Source: Paraspadella gotoi (lineage: Eukaryota; Animalia; Chaetognatha). Taken from it: a DNA stretch of 58,530 nucleotides. Of this stretch, positions 25,216 through 36,924 are shown in pieces. The translations under genes and the position numbers were made by a program. The stretch's first letter is position 1. Each line of letters starts with the position of its first letter. Location: contig CM119263.1 of the NCBI GenBank assembly GCA_051294375.1, positions 28,257,634 to 28,316,163 of the forward strand, in the 5' to 3' direction. A model generated the notes under the pieces. That model was not told where the DNA came from. It did no database searches and saw only the letters and a list, made by a program, of their open reading frames with translations.

Positions 25216-28200
25216 ATGGCCAGCGCGTCTCACTACGGTCTGCAACGGCAGTCTTCCCCTCCACCCGTTCCCCTCTCGCCCTCGGATCGACGAAAGGGCG
25301 AATATGCCCGGTCGCCGGAGGGCACGGCGGCTATGTGCCTCAAGGGCTCCGTGCCCGGCGACGACCGGTGGATCCAGATTCAAAAGAGCACCTTCACCAA
25401 TTGGGTAAACGAACAGCTGCGCCCCGTGGGGCTCTCAATCGACGACCTCCAGTACGACTTTTGCGATGGGGTTAAGCTCATCGCCCTCATCGACGTTCTG
25501 CAGCAGCCCAACAGCAAAGTCAGAGGTCGGCCCATCCTGAAACCGATCAACCAACACCAGCAACTGGAGAACGTGACCATTGCCATAAGAGCTATGACCG
25601 ACGATGACATAAAGATGGTCAACATCGGAAATGAAGACGTGGTCAATGGGAACCTCAAGCTGATTCTTGGTCTCATTTGGCACCTCATCCTCAGGTATCA
25701 GATCGGTAAAACTGGCCTTCCTCCTAAGAAGCTGATGCTCTCCTGGCTGAATTCGTGGCTGCCGGAATTGGGCATCCGGAATTTTACGAGAGACTGGAAC
25801 AGCGGGATTGCATTGAGTGCTTTGGTAGATCATTGCAAGCCCGGATTAATGCCTAACTGGAAGAAATTAAACAAGGATGATAAGATCAACAACAACAGGC
25901 GCGCTATGAATCTTTCTCAAGATCATTTTGGAATACCGTTGATTGTGTCACCTGAAGATCTTTCATCCCCTGATTTGGACGAGCTTTCTGGTATGACATA
26001 TATGTCATATTACATGAAGGACGATTCTCCCGGATATCATGCAACATTACGTTGGGTAAACAGTGTACTCGCAAGAGTTGGGGTGAGCGTCTCAAACTTT
26101 ACAACTGATTGGAATGATGGATTTGCATTACTTTCATTGCTTGAGGCTCTTGGTCATCATCAGGAAGGATATCCTAATGTACCGAGAACGCCAGATAAAT
26201 GGAAACAAAACTGTCAAACAGGAATAGAAGCAGGGAAAAAACTTGGAGTTGAACAAATTATCAGCTCAAAAGAAATGAGCGATCCAGAGGTAGAACCTTT
26301 AGCTGTAATGGCCTATGTTTCTAACTATCAGTTTGTAAAGCCTCATAAAAACGCGGAGGATCAAGTAGCCATATCAATGAGTGGGCAGAGTGTGATTACA
26401 GTTGGTCAGCCAGCAAGATTTTTAATCAGCTTTTTGGATGAAGGAGTAGATAAAAAAGAAATAAAAGCTGAAGTCCAAGGTCCTCATTCAAAATGTCCTG
26501 TTCAATTTAGTTGGTCATCAGGTGGTGGTGGAGGAGAGGGTTTTTTTACAGCAACGGAATCTGGTGAACATCATGTTAAGGTCTTTCACAGTGGATCTCA
26601 TGTTGCTGGTTCGCCATTGATAATTGTTGCTAAACCAGATCTATCTAAGGTAACAGTTTCCGGACTAGACAGATGCCCTGTTGGGGTTCCAAAAGAAATA
26701 ATGCTACATCCAAATGGAGCTGGTAGTTCAGATTTACGGGTTGAAGTAATAGCCCCAAATGGTGGTCGTCAATCTTTGCCTTTGACAGAAAGAGGTGCTG
26801 CATATGTTTCAACTGTAACAGCAACAGAATTCGGAGATTGGAACATGAATGTTTTATGTGATAATGTTCCGATACGAGGTAGTCCTTTCCCTATTGAAGT
26901 ATTTGATCCAAGAAATGTAATAATCAATGGACCAGATAGAGGTATTACTGGAAATCCTGTTGAGATACAAGTAGATTTTTCAAGATCTGGAAAAGGTGAA
27001 ATAAGTTTTGAAACTCTGCATGCTGGGCGACCTATCAAAGCCAGAATACAAGAGGACCCGACATTTAATTTTTCAAAAATAAAGTTTACGCCAGATGGAC
27101 CTGGTTTATTTTCTTCACATATCTTTATGAATGGAATTGAAGTGAGGGGTTCACCACATAATCTGAAAGTTGTGGACACTTCTTCGGTAGTAATAACTTC
27201 TGACTTAGTCAAGTGTGTACCAGTTGGAAAACTAGCGGCTTTTGCCATTGATACAAGGGACGCTGGTCGAGGTGATATCAAGTGCATTGTTACTTCCCCA
27301 ACAAGAAATGCACTAGATGTGAAACTTTTGAATCATGGAAATGAAGTATATAATGCACAATTTACACCAAAAGAAGTTGGAGATCATCAAGTTGAAGTTT
27401 TATATGAAGATCAATTAGTTGCAGGAACTCCATTCTTGTGTCATGCTTTTGATGCCAGAAAAGTTGTCGTTGGTGATATACCTTCAAAGGGATTAGTAGG
27501 AAAGCCGGTAAAATTTGAAATTGATTGTTTGCAGGCTGGTTCTGGAAATCTTGAATTATCTGTTAATGATGGAGCTGTTCCCTGTTCAGCACAAAACATT
27601 GGTTCCTATAGATTTCTTGGGTCTTTCACACCCAAGGATCCTGGATTACATGAAATAGAAATAGCATTTAATGAAGATCCTATACCAGGAAGTCCATTTG
27701 AGTGCAATGTAATTGATTCTAGTCGAGTTATTGTTTCAGGTTCAGGTCTTCATCTTGTACCAGTAGGGCAGCTTGCAACAATCACTGTTGACACTAATGA
27801 TGCTGGAAAAGCTCCAATCAAAGCAACTATCACTTCACCTCAAAAGACATTACTACCTTTTCAAATTAGGGAGATTACATCTGGACAATTTTTGATAGAG
27901 TATACTCCAGAGGTTGTGGGTAATCATACAGTAGAACTATCTTTTGATGATAATCCAGTAGCAGCTTCACCTTTTACTGTTAAAGCCTATAGTGCAAGTA
28001 ATATTCAAGTAGAGAATTTTGCAGGCGTCTATTTGATCAACAAACAAATATCTTTCTGGTTAGATGTTGGTAAAGCTGGTGAAGGAAACCTAGAAATTGC
28101 AGTTAATGATGGAGCAATTCCTAATCAGGTTACTCCTCAAGGTGGTGGAAGATTTTTAGTTTCCTTTACTCCTCATGATGCCAATGATCATATCGTTGAC

Positions 28201-31200
28201 ATTCTCTTTAATGCTGATCCTGTAAGAGGTTCTCCTTTTATATGTCATGTTGTAGATCCTCAAAAAGTAGATGCGATAGGTCCTGGCCTCTCTCTTGCAC
28301 AAGTTAACAAAAGAACTTATTTTGAAATTGATGCGAGTAGAAGTGGAGGATCAGCTGAAACATCAATTCATATTGTAAGTCCAACTGGGCAGACTTTGCC
28401 TTTCAAACAAACTGGAGATCCCTACAAGGGTGATGCAAAGATTGAATACAAAATTTCTCAAATTGGTACGCACATTATCGAAATACTGTATGCAGGAGTA
28501 CCTATTCCAGGTAGCCCTTTTTATGTCAAGTCCTCTGATGCCGGCCATGTTATTGTAGATGAGGTCCCTCATGGAATTCTTGGAAAACCATTAGAAATGT
28601 TTATTGATGCAAGTGAAGCCGGGGAGGGAAAACTTGAAATTTCTGTAAATGATGGTATTGTGCCAAACAGGGTGGAGCCTCTTCCACAAGGTGGCAAAGG
28701 CAGATTTTTGTTGACTTTTATTCCTCAAAATTTAGATCCACATCAAGTAGAAATGACATTCAATGATGATCCAATTAAAGGTTCTCCTTTTTTTATTCCT
28801 ATAATAGATCCTTCTCAAGTAACATTGACTGGAGATTTCTTGCAAAGTACCCCTATAAATGAATTAGCCTCTTTCAACGTTGAAGCAAAGAAAGCTGGTG
28901 AGGCTGAGCTTGAGACTTTAATTTTCAGCCCCTCAAATGCAAAAGTAACTACTGATATTCTTGGTACTGTTATAACAGGTTTTCAAGTCGAATTTACTCC
29001 CAGAGAGGTTGGTGATCATTCAGTTGCAGTAGAATATGGTGGAGCACCTGTTCCAGGAAGTCCATTTATTGTTAATGTGTATGATGTAGCTAGCATTCAT
29101 GTTTCTGAAATTCCAAAAGGTTATGTTGGGAAACCAGTATCCTTTGTTGTTGATGCAAGCAATGCAGGAGATGGAAATTTAGAAATATCAGTTTTGACTC
29201 TTGAAGCTGGTATAAGGGTTCCAAATCAGGCTAGACCACTAGGTGAAGGTCAATTTGAGGTAACCTTTGTACCAACTGTCGCCCAAGTTCATCAAGTGTT
29301 TTTAAAATTTCATGGAAAACCAGTTCCAGGAAGTCCATTTTTGGCCAAAGTACTAGACAGTGGAAAGGTTAGTGTAAGTGGTTCTGGCCTTGGTCTTGTG
29401 CCAGTGGATAGAAAAACTAACTTTCAAATTCATAGCAAAGAGGCTGGTGATGCCGAAGTGGATGTGAAAATCAATGGCCCGAATGGAGATAGTATTCCTT
29501 CAAAATACTTTCAGCAAAAAAATGGGGACTACAAAGTGGAATTTCTACCCAAAATGGCTGGTAACTATATCATTCAAGTATATTTTGAAGGAAAACCGAT
29601 AAATGGAAGTCCTTTTACTTGTAAAGCTTTTGATCCATACAAAGTAAATGTTGTATTACCTAACGAAGACATTACTGTTGGACAAGAGAGCACTTGTAAA
29701 ATATCTACAGTAGAAGCTGGCGAGGCTGATTTAGATGTTAAAATCAACGCGCCATCTGGAAGAAATGTCAGTTATGCTATAAAGGAAGAAATTATGACTT
29801 CAACTAGGAAACTTATGTTCACACCCTTCGAAGTTGGGAGACACAAAATGGCGATCAATTTTGGCGGAGAATCTCTTCCAAAAAGTCCTTTTATTATGGA
29901 TGTGTTGGAAGCTGGTATGGCAACTGCTCATGGAGAAGGACTTTATCATGGCATCGAAGATGAATCTGCAACTTTCATTGTCAATGCCCAAGGTTTAAAG
30001 GGAGAACTCTTTGTTCAGGTTGATGGACCAAATTCAATTGCAAAATGTAATATTGAACCCGAAGGTAATGGTATGTATTTAGTCACCTATGTACCAGTAG
30101 AAGTGGGAAATTACGACGTTATAGTAAAATGGAATGGCAAAGAAGTACCTGGGAGCCCATTTCATCCTAAGATCATAGACCCTCGCAAAATAAGAATAGC
30201 TGGAGGCTGGTCAAGTCATTTATCCCAGGAAGGCTACATGTCACTAACGGTGGGTCAAGAAAAACAAATGGCTTTTGAGGCAGGTGATGCGGGTCCTGGG
30301 AAACTGACTGCCCAGATTCTGGGCCCTGCGGGTGTCGTGCCACATGAAGTGGATGTAGCACCAGGTGGCAAGCACATTTTAAGGTTCACAGCAAAAGAAG
30401 CAGGAGAACATCGCATTAATGCCTCCTGGAATGAAGCACTTTTGCCGCATTTTCCAATGATGGCCAAAGCTTCCGCAGCTAAAAAGCATATAGATGCATC
30501 CAAAGTAGTTCTCAAAGGACGGGGTGCATCAGAAGCAAGAGTGGCTGAAGAAGCTGAATTCATAATTGATGGGACTGAAGCGGGCCAAGGAAAGCCTAAT
30601 GTCCGTCTGAGAGGGGTAAAGCAAGACATAGATGTAAAATTAGTTCAAAGCACAATTGATACATACAAGTGCACGTACTTACCTCAAACGCCTGGGGCAT
30701 ATTTGTTAAGTATTCTTTGGAATGATCGCCAAATTAAAGGATCACCATTCAAAGTTAATATTGGTCCCAATTCAGATCCTACAAAAGTTGTTTGTTCTGG
30801 GGAGGGTTTAAGGGTTGGAATTCTTGGAAAAGAAATCAAATCCTTTATAGATACAAGAAGAGCGGGGCCAGGAGAATTAACAGCAACATGTAGTGGTCCT
30901 CACATGGTTGCCTTCTGTGAACTTTTTGATCACCGAGATGGAACTTTCACTTTGAACGTCCGCCCACAAGAAGCTGGAAGGCACATATTACAAATAAAAT
31001 ACAATGGAGAGCATGTTCCTGGAAGTCCTTACGTCCTTCGAATCTCGAGTGCTCCCGATGCTTCAAAGGTGCGCGTGACGGGACCCGGCGTTGAGCATGG
31101 CATTTTGGCTACTTACCAGAGCCGATTCATTTGTGAAACAAAAGGTGCCGGCGCGGGTCAATTGACGGTCAGGGTTCGAGGACCCAAAGGCGCCTTCAGG

Positions 31201-31449
31201 GTCGAAATGCAGAGAGAGAGTCAAAAGGACAGGACCATCTTGTGTAGGTATGATCCGACCGAAGTCGGCGATTATATCGTTCAAGTGAAATGGTCAGGGG
31301 ATCACGTGCCAGGAAGCCCCTTTCACGTGAGGATTGTCGATTCTCACGAAGAATTAATGCGTCTCACTTCTGATCAGCATCAACATTCGCCGTCTATGCA
31401 TCATTCAACACTTCATCGAAATCAAAATGCATGGAATACTGATATCTAG
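25216..31449 (+). CDS. jbug: Filamin of the jitterbug/FLN-2 type (3 calponin-homology domains + 18 filamin Ig repeats), single-exon CDS, 2,077 aa
   Basis: ATG at 25216 (AAAATGG). CH1 WIQIQKSTFTNWVNEQL...NLKLILGLIWHLILRYQI, CH2 and CH3 (NFTTDWNDG), and 18 G-S-P-F-type repeat ends. The C-terminus GAGAGQLTVRVRGPKGAFRVEMQRESQKDRTILCRYDPTE is the jitterbug-type terminal repeat. Confidence 0.92.
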   Translation: MASASHYGLQRQSSPPPVPLSPSDRRKGEYARSPEGTAAMCLKGSVPGDDRWIQIQKSTFTNWVNEQLRPVGLSIDDLQYDFCDGVKLIALIDVLQQPNSKVRGRPILKPINQHQQLENVTIAIRAMTDDDIKMVNIGNEDVVNGNLKLILGLIWHLILRYQIGKTGLPPKKLMLSWLNSWLPELGIRNFTRDWNSGIALSALVDHCKPGLMPNWKKLNKDDKINNNRRAMNLSQDHFGIPLIVSPEDLSSPDLDELSGMTYMSYYMKDDSPGYHATLRWVNSVLARVGVSVSNFTTDWNDGFALLSLLEALGHHQEGYPNVPRTPDKWKQNCQTGIEAGKKLGVEQIISSKEMSDPEVEPLAVMAYVSNYQFVKPHKNAEDQVAISMSGQSVITVGQPARFLISFLDEGVDKKEIKAEVQGPHSKCPVQFSWSSGGGGGEGFFTATESGEHHVKVFHSGSHVAGSPLIIVAKPDLSKVTVSGLDRCPVGVPKEIMLHPNGAGSSDLRVEVIAPNGGRQSLPLTERGAAYVSTVTATEFGDWNMNVLCDNVPIRGSPFPIEVFDPRNVIINGPDRGITGNPVEIQVDFSRSGKGEISFETLHAGRPIKARIQEDPTFNFSKIKFTPDGPGLFSSHIFMNGIEVRGSPHNLKVVDTSSVVITSDLVKCVPVGKLAAFAIDTRDAGRGDIKCIVTSPTRNALDVKLLNHGNEVYNAQFTPKEVGDHQVEVLYEDQLVAGTPFLCHAFDARKVVVGDIPSKGLVGKPVKFEIDCLQAGSGNLELSVNDGAVPCSAQNIGSYRFLGSFTPKDPGLHEIEIAFNEDPIPGSPFECNVIDSSRVIVSGSGLHLVPVGQLATITVDTNDAGKAPIKATITSPQKTLLPFQIREITSGQFLIEYTPEVVGNHTVELSFDDNPVAASPFTVKAYSASNIQVENFAGVYLINKQISFWLDVGKAGEGNLEIAVNDGAIPNQVTPQGGGRFLVSFTPHDANDHIVDILFNADPVRGSPFICHVVDPQKVDAIGPGLSLAQVNKRTYFEIDASRSGGSAETSIHIVSPTGQTLPFKQTGDPYKGDAKIEYKISQIGTHIIEILYAGVPIPGSPFYVKSSDAGHVIVDEVPHGILGKPLEMFIDASEAGEGKLEISVNDGIVPNRVEPLPQGGKGRFLLTFIPQNLDPHQVEMTFNDDPIKGSPFFIPIIDPSQVTLTGDFLQSTPINELASFNVEAKKAGEAELETLIFSPSNAKVTTDILGTVITGFQVEFTPREVGDHSVAVEYGGAPVPGSPFIVNVYDVASIHVSEIPKGYVGKPVSFVVDASNAGDGNLEISVLTLEAGIRVPNQARPLGEGQFEVTFVPTVAQVHQVFLKFHGKPVPGSPFLAKVLDSGKVSVSGSGLGLVPVDRKTNFQIHSKEAGDAEVDVKINGPNGDSIPSKYFQQKNGDYKVEFLPKMAGNYIIQVYFEGKPINGSPFTCKAFDPYKVNVVLPNEDITVGQESTCKISTVEAGEADLDVKINAPSGRNVSYAIKEEIMTSTRKLMFTPFEVGRHKMAINFGGESLPKSPFIMDVLEAGMATAHGEGLYHGIEDESATFIVNAQGLKGELFVQVDGPNSIAKCNIEPEGNGMYLVTYVPVEVGNYDVIVKWNGKEVPGSPFHPKIIDPRKIRIAGGWSSHLSQEGYMSLTVGQEKQMAFEAGDAGPGKLTAQILGPAGVVPHEVDVAPGGKHILRFTAKEAGEHRINASWNEALLPHFPMMAKASAAKKHIDASKVVLKGRGASEARVAEEAEFIIDGTEAGQGKPNVRLRGVKQDIDVKLVQSTIDTYKCTYLPQTPGAYLLSILWNDRQIKGSPFKVNIGPNSDPTKVVCSGEGLRVGILGKEIKSFIDTRRAGPGELTATCSGPHMVAFCELFDHRDGTFTLNVRPQEAGRHILQIKYNGEHVPGSPYVLRISSAPDASKVRVTGPGVEHGILATYQSRFICETKGAGAGQLTVRVRGPKGAFRVEMQRESQKDRTILCRYDPTEVGDYIVQVKWSGDHVPGSPFHVRIVDSHEELMRLTSDQHQHSPSMHHSTLHRNQNAWNTDI

Positions 31450-31550
31450 TTTTTTTTTTTGAAATGATAAGAATGACACGATTAACATTTTATTTTATGC
31501 ATGAATTTATTTTAAAAGAAGAGACAGTAAAAGACAGAGAGGGAGGTGGG

Positions 31551-31599
<49 letters not shown>

Positions 31600-32524
31600 T
31601 CGCTTTACTTTTAACTTTTTTGCTTTGGAATTTCGAGTTTCAGATGGTAAGATGATTTTTAAAACTTTTATATATATATTTTATCAAATTATAAATTAAA
31701 TAAAATAAAATTTAAACCAGATAGATTAAATTGCATAAAAGCTATAAAACCCCAGCTCCTTGCGAAATATTTTTTCCCTCGCTAACATAAGAATTAAACA
31801 GAAAAATAAAAAAATTCAAATAAAAAAAAATCCTTGTGTCATTCTCAACATTCCATCTCAGACACTGAATCGCCGAAAATCTCCGATGCTTATGTGAACA
31901 AAAGATCCAGTGTTAATGGACTCCATCTGTGATTAAACTCAGAAATAACACGAAAACAAAGTAGCAATAGTTGAACGGACGACAAGAAAATCAATATTAA
32001 GATTTTTTTGACGCTATAGATTTTGCTAAATTTGTAAAACCCTTAACTTCGTCTAAATTCTTTCATTAACATTCTTTTTCATCCCTCACCTTTCTTCAAA
32101 GACATTCGACACTCCTTTCATGATATATATTTACTTTTCCTGAGATTTAAAAAAAAATAACTTTATTTATACAATGTTTTGTAAATACTACACTTAACGT
32201 AGATTTGTTTTTTTAACTTAAAGGAATGGTTTGAATATCTTGTTGCAAAGATATTCAAACCNNNNNNNNNNTGAGATTTAAAAAAAAGCAAGTTTTATTT
32301 ATACAATGTTTTGTAAAAGCTACACTTAACGTAGATTTGTTTTTTTAACTTAAAGGTTTGAATATCTTGTTTCAAAGATATTCAAACCATTCCTTTAATC
32401 TACAAACACAACAAAAAAGAAAAGATTTACACATAATATTTTTAACTTTAAATAATTTTGCTTTATTGAGATTTAAGGACTGCAGAGGAAGTAAGGGACG
32501 AGATTGGTTCCTGACATGGAAACG

Positions 32525-32570
<46 letters not shown>

Positions 32571-33341
32571 CTCTCCCTCGAAATTGTTGCGTGTTTGAAT
32601 GGTATCTCGGAGATTCCACCAGCGAAGAAGACCCAACCTTAATCCCCTTTCATAACATTAACGAATCTCTCTTAACCAATCATCAATATATTTCTCTCAA
32701 ACTGCTTGCTGTTATTAAAAATAAAATTTCCGCTTGACTAAAAACTTTCGCCGAAAACAGGGTTTTTAATCGCGGACGTGTGTAAATTAATTTGTATGAT
32801 TAGCGTCATTTTTGCAGAATAATTGATTTTTAATCTGCCTTTAGATTATTGTAACGAGCTTTTTTAATTAATTAATTAATTAATTAATTAATTCTTGTCG
32901 GTGAGGAAGAGGGGAAACTTACGACGCAGTATCTTTAACCGCTTAGCAATAAATACATTATTTAGCCATTTACTTGTATGAAAATGAAATTTATTTTTAT
33001 TGTTGTCACTATAATTCATTATACATTCAACGCCGTTATATCTCATCGCCAGAAATAAGTAATATTCTAAATGATTCTAGCTCCTTCCTAATCTGGTTCG
33101 AGTTTTCTTTCATCGTTTCTTCTCTGAGAAGATTAAATAAAAAAAAAGAAAACAAAAACGAAAGTAAACACAACAATAAACACTAACGGCCAAACGATGC
33201 TTAAATAAATCGGACGAAACAAAAACACTTTTTTTTCTTTTTACCCAAAGAAATTAAAAAAACCAAAATAAAAGGCGCGAAAAAATAAATAAACAAAACT
33301 TGAAATAAACAACGAAAAAAAAACAACCGAAAACAAGTTCA

Positions 33342-34551
33342 ATGATGTACGCTGACACTTCCATCGCCTCGCACATTTATCACACGAACTACGTCCGCAA
33401 CTCTCGGGCAATCGGGGTCCTTTGGGGTTGCCTGACCCTTTGCTTCGCCGTCATCAACTGCGTGGTCTTCGTGCAGCCGGCCTGGATCGGGGACACGGCC
33501 GACTCGCGCCTGGCGGGCTACTTCGGCCTCTTCCGTCGCTGCGTGCAGCTGGAGGGTTCGGCCTTTGAGCTTGGATGCACCGGTCAATTCGACGACTTCT
33601 CCACGATTCTCTCTTCAGCTTTTCAGGTAAGTGAGAGAATGACTGAATGACTGATTTCTGTATATTTGCGGAATATACGTATATTATATAAATTTGAATT
33701 TTCAAATTGGGTTTGATGGGAGAAACTAAAAATAAATACTATTAATTAAAGTTATTTCATTTATTTTTAATTTCACATGACAATTGAAAGAATAAGTTCA
33801 TTAGCAAGGAAAAACTTTTGACTTTCGAACAGACACCAATGGCAACAAATAAAGATGAAACGAACGAACTTAGTACAAACTTACAAACTCATAGAGAAAC
33901 GAATGATTTTACATTTATCCGGTCATCTTCCCCCTTACCCCTTTCTCGTCTTCTTCCTCCTCCTCCTCATCCACACCCCCTTTCAAAAAGGCGTCTGCTT
34001 TCTTCGTCGGCTTCTCCGCTCTCGTCGTCATCCTTTGTCTCCTATGCACCGTCCTCTTCATCTTCGTCAACACGGCCATCGTCTTCAACATCTGCGGCTG
34101 GTTCCAGATCGTCTCCGGCGTCTGTCTCTTCCTCGGCTGCACCATCTACCCTTCCGGCTGGGATCACGAGGAGGTGGAGCGGGTCTGCGGCGCCGGGGCC
34201 GGCAAATACAACGCCGGCGCCTGCGAGATTCGTTGGGCCTACATCCTGGCCATCGTGGGCATCCTGGACGCTTTCGTCCTGGCCGCCTTGGCCTTCCTGT
34301 TGGCCAATCGACAGGCCAAGCTGCTGCCCGAGACCTACGCCACCTCGGCGCTGCACAAAGGCGGCGCCGGCGGCGCCGAAGGGATGAACGGCGCCTACGC
34401 GGCCGACGACGCCTCCATCTTGGGATCGACGAAAAGATCTATGACGATGCAACCGGCCGTCCACCACGACACCTTGCCGCACGATCGATACTCGGAATAC
34501 AGCCACGCCTCCAAGAAGAGGGCCCAGCGAGCGGGGACGTACCAGATGTGA
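33342..34551 (+). CDS. LHFPL3: LHFPL tetraspan protein (LHFPL3/4/5, TMHS-like), 281 aa; exons 33342-33626 and 33991-34551
   Basis: YHTNYVRNSRAIGVLW...QPAWIGD...GYFGLFRRC, then CAG|gtaagt ... aaaag|GCG phase-0 intron, then FNICGWFQ, GCTIYPSGWD, VCG...C.IRWAYILAI: hallmark LHFPL motifs. Likely co-orthologue of vertebrate LHFPL3/4/5. Confidence 0.93.
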
Positions 34552-35499
34552 AGAGAAAAGCGCGGGGGATGGGGGGGGGGAGAGAAAGGGGTGGGAGGCC
34601 GTGGGGTGGGAGATAGAGGGAATAAGGGCCGATGCAACTTATTTGGGAATAATTTTGGTCTGTCTGTATGTCTGTCTGTTTGTCTGTCTTGTTTGACAAA
34701 AAATTGAAAAGAAAAAAATACATTTGAATAATTATTTTAATCTTTTTGAATACAAGCTTTTGACTCTACAGTCAGTTTAAAATCGTTCATTGTCTGTAAA
34801 ATAACCAATGGAAATTATGTAATATTTTTCTATCGTTATTTTTTATATCATAAACCACTTATTTCCGTTAATTAATACCCTTGTTAACCCGCACCTAGTG
34901 ACTTCTGACGAGTCTTGATTATCGAATCTTTAAAATGTTTAAAAAACACCATGTTTTATCGAAATAGATTTACTTGAATAAACATGTAAAACAGCGGAAT
35001 TTTACATATATGTGAATGTAATGTTTATTTTTCGATCATTAATCACGTTCATTATACATATATATTGAGAGCTGAAGCTCGTAGCAAAATTTTCGACGAA
35101 CATAAATGTTTGTCGTCATCAGCGTCGTCGTTGTTGTTGTTGTTGTTGTTGTCGGTTCAGATAGAAAATTCCGTGGGGGCGAACGTATTTCGTTTTGAAG
35201 GAAAAGAATTAAATCGTCGGGATTAAATCCTACTGACGCCATCTTCATTAAAGACGAAGATAAAAATGGGAAAAAAAATAACAACGACGATGATGACCAC
35301 GACGACGAATACGACATCGGCGACGACGATGACGACGACTTAACTGTCAAACACAACAACGACTAAACTGTCAACCATCAAAACTGTTAGCCACACTGAA
35401 GACACTAAAACCGAAACGGTAAAATTGTAAAAAAAAGAACAACAACAACAACAAAAAACAACGACGACGGAATCATAAATTCGCTTGGTGAAACTCAGC

Positions 35500-35760
35500 T
35501 CGTCCCATTCGCTTGGACAGCTAAGTACTTGTTCAGTGAACAATGTTCACCAACCGTGAGTTCCGGGTTCAACCTCCTCACGATCACGCTGGTTAAAGTG
35601 TGATGGTGTCGGCACAAACACGCCAGTGACATGGGGTGGTCCCTGCAGGTCCAAAGCCCTGAGCGCCACCTGTCGGGAGATGCCTCACAACCCAGGCATC
35701 ACACATGTCCCCCCGTTGCCATGCAACCACAATAATGATCACAACAACAACGATAACTAC
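35500..35760 (+). mobile_element. Possible tRNA-derived SINE
   Basis: B-box-like CCGGGTTCAACC (~35563-35574), GC-richer body and an (ACA)-like tail at 35740-35760 in AT-rich context. Confidence 0.35.
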
Positions 35761-36562
35761 GTATAAAACAAAAATAAAATTAAGCCGAATTAAAGAACAA
35801 AACGTCAACATTAAAAAGATTTATCGAGTCGCCAATTCGAAAATCTGACAGATAAATTTCGACGAAACCGTGACAATTGAATTTGTTATTTTTTTAGGTC
35901 ATTATATAAAAGGTTGAAAGTTTAATTTTTTTCTTATAAGTTTTTGAGATATGATGTACATCGAGAAAAAATATTTTAAAATAATAAAGATTTTCGACTT
36001 GATAATATTCATCATCATGAACAACATCATCGCCGTTTTCGTCGTCGTCGTCGTCTTCATCGTCATCACCCGCATTTTTTTTTTTCAATTTGAGCCAAAG
36101 ATTCTCTTTGCTTCTCTGAATCACAATTTCGTGAAAATCTTTACGTCATCGAATTCAAAATTAAATTAAAGCTATTTTCAATTTTTCCAGCAAATTTTTT
36201 GAGATTAGATTATAGATTGACAATCTTTGTTATGTTTATCTTTTAAAAATAAATATTGTTGTAAACTAAATATTTAATCATTATCTTTTCTTGATGATCT
36301 GTCTCTTATCTCGCTTATTTTTTATTTTTCTGACTTTTTATCAGAAAGAAGAGAGAGAGAGAGAATGTTCTTTCTTATTTATTTAAAACAAAACGTCTTT
36401 ATCTTTGTTTTTTTTTTTTTATGTTAACTGATCCTTCTCTCTCTCTTTCTCTCTCTTTCTCTCTCTCTCCCTCTCTCTCAAACAGGTGATTACGTGACTA
36501 TTTCGTTCTCTTTTATTCTCATCCAGTTCAGCATCATTGCGAGCCATCCCTTCGCTTTCCGG

Positions 36563-36598
36563 TGCGTCAGCTGCGTCAGCTGCGTCAGCTGCGTCAGC
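36563..36598. repeat. (TGCGTCAGC)x4 upstream of the large membrane-protein gene
   Basis: Four perfect 9-mers creating TGACGCA (CRE/AP-1-like) and CAGCTG (E-box) motifs. Confidence 0.8.
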
Positions 36599-36924
36599 AG
36601 TTTCGCCTTTGAGAGAGCTCCGCGTCGCAGCAGCCACTCGAGCCGCAGCATCGAGAACGCGTAGAATTTAACATAATACGGAAGCCGTCCCAACTCCCCG
36701 GATGTAATACTTTCGCTTTAGCATTTGAAGTGATAACCGTGAGCTCGATATTTTAGCGATGATCGCTTAGAGATGTGAGCGGTTTTTTTTTTATTCTCCC
36801 CTTTCGAAATCATCTAGGACTTAGACTAGAATAGAAATGCATCCTACGTTCGAAATATCTACGAATAAACTAGAAAACATTGAATTTACGAAACGTCCAA
36901 AACGAATTCCCACAACGACATCGA

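Noticed and set aside
32141-32390. ~120-bp direct repeat (a similar ~35-bp case lies at 13406-13484)
   Set aside because: Each pair flanks a 10-N gap; these are unmerged contig overlaps or alleles.
35500-35600. Functional tRNA gene (also considered for 16700-16765)
   Set aside because: Only partial A/B-box similarity; no complete cloverleaf could be folded.
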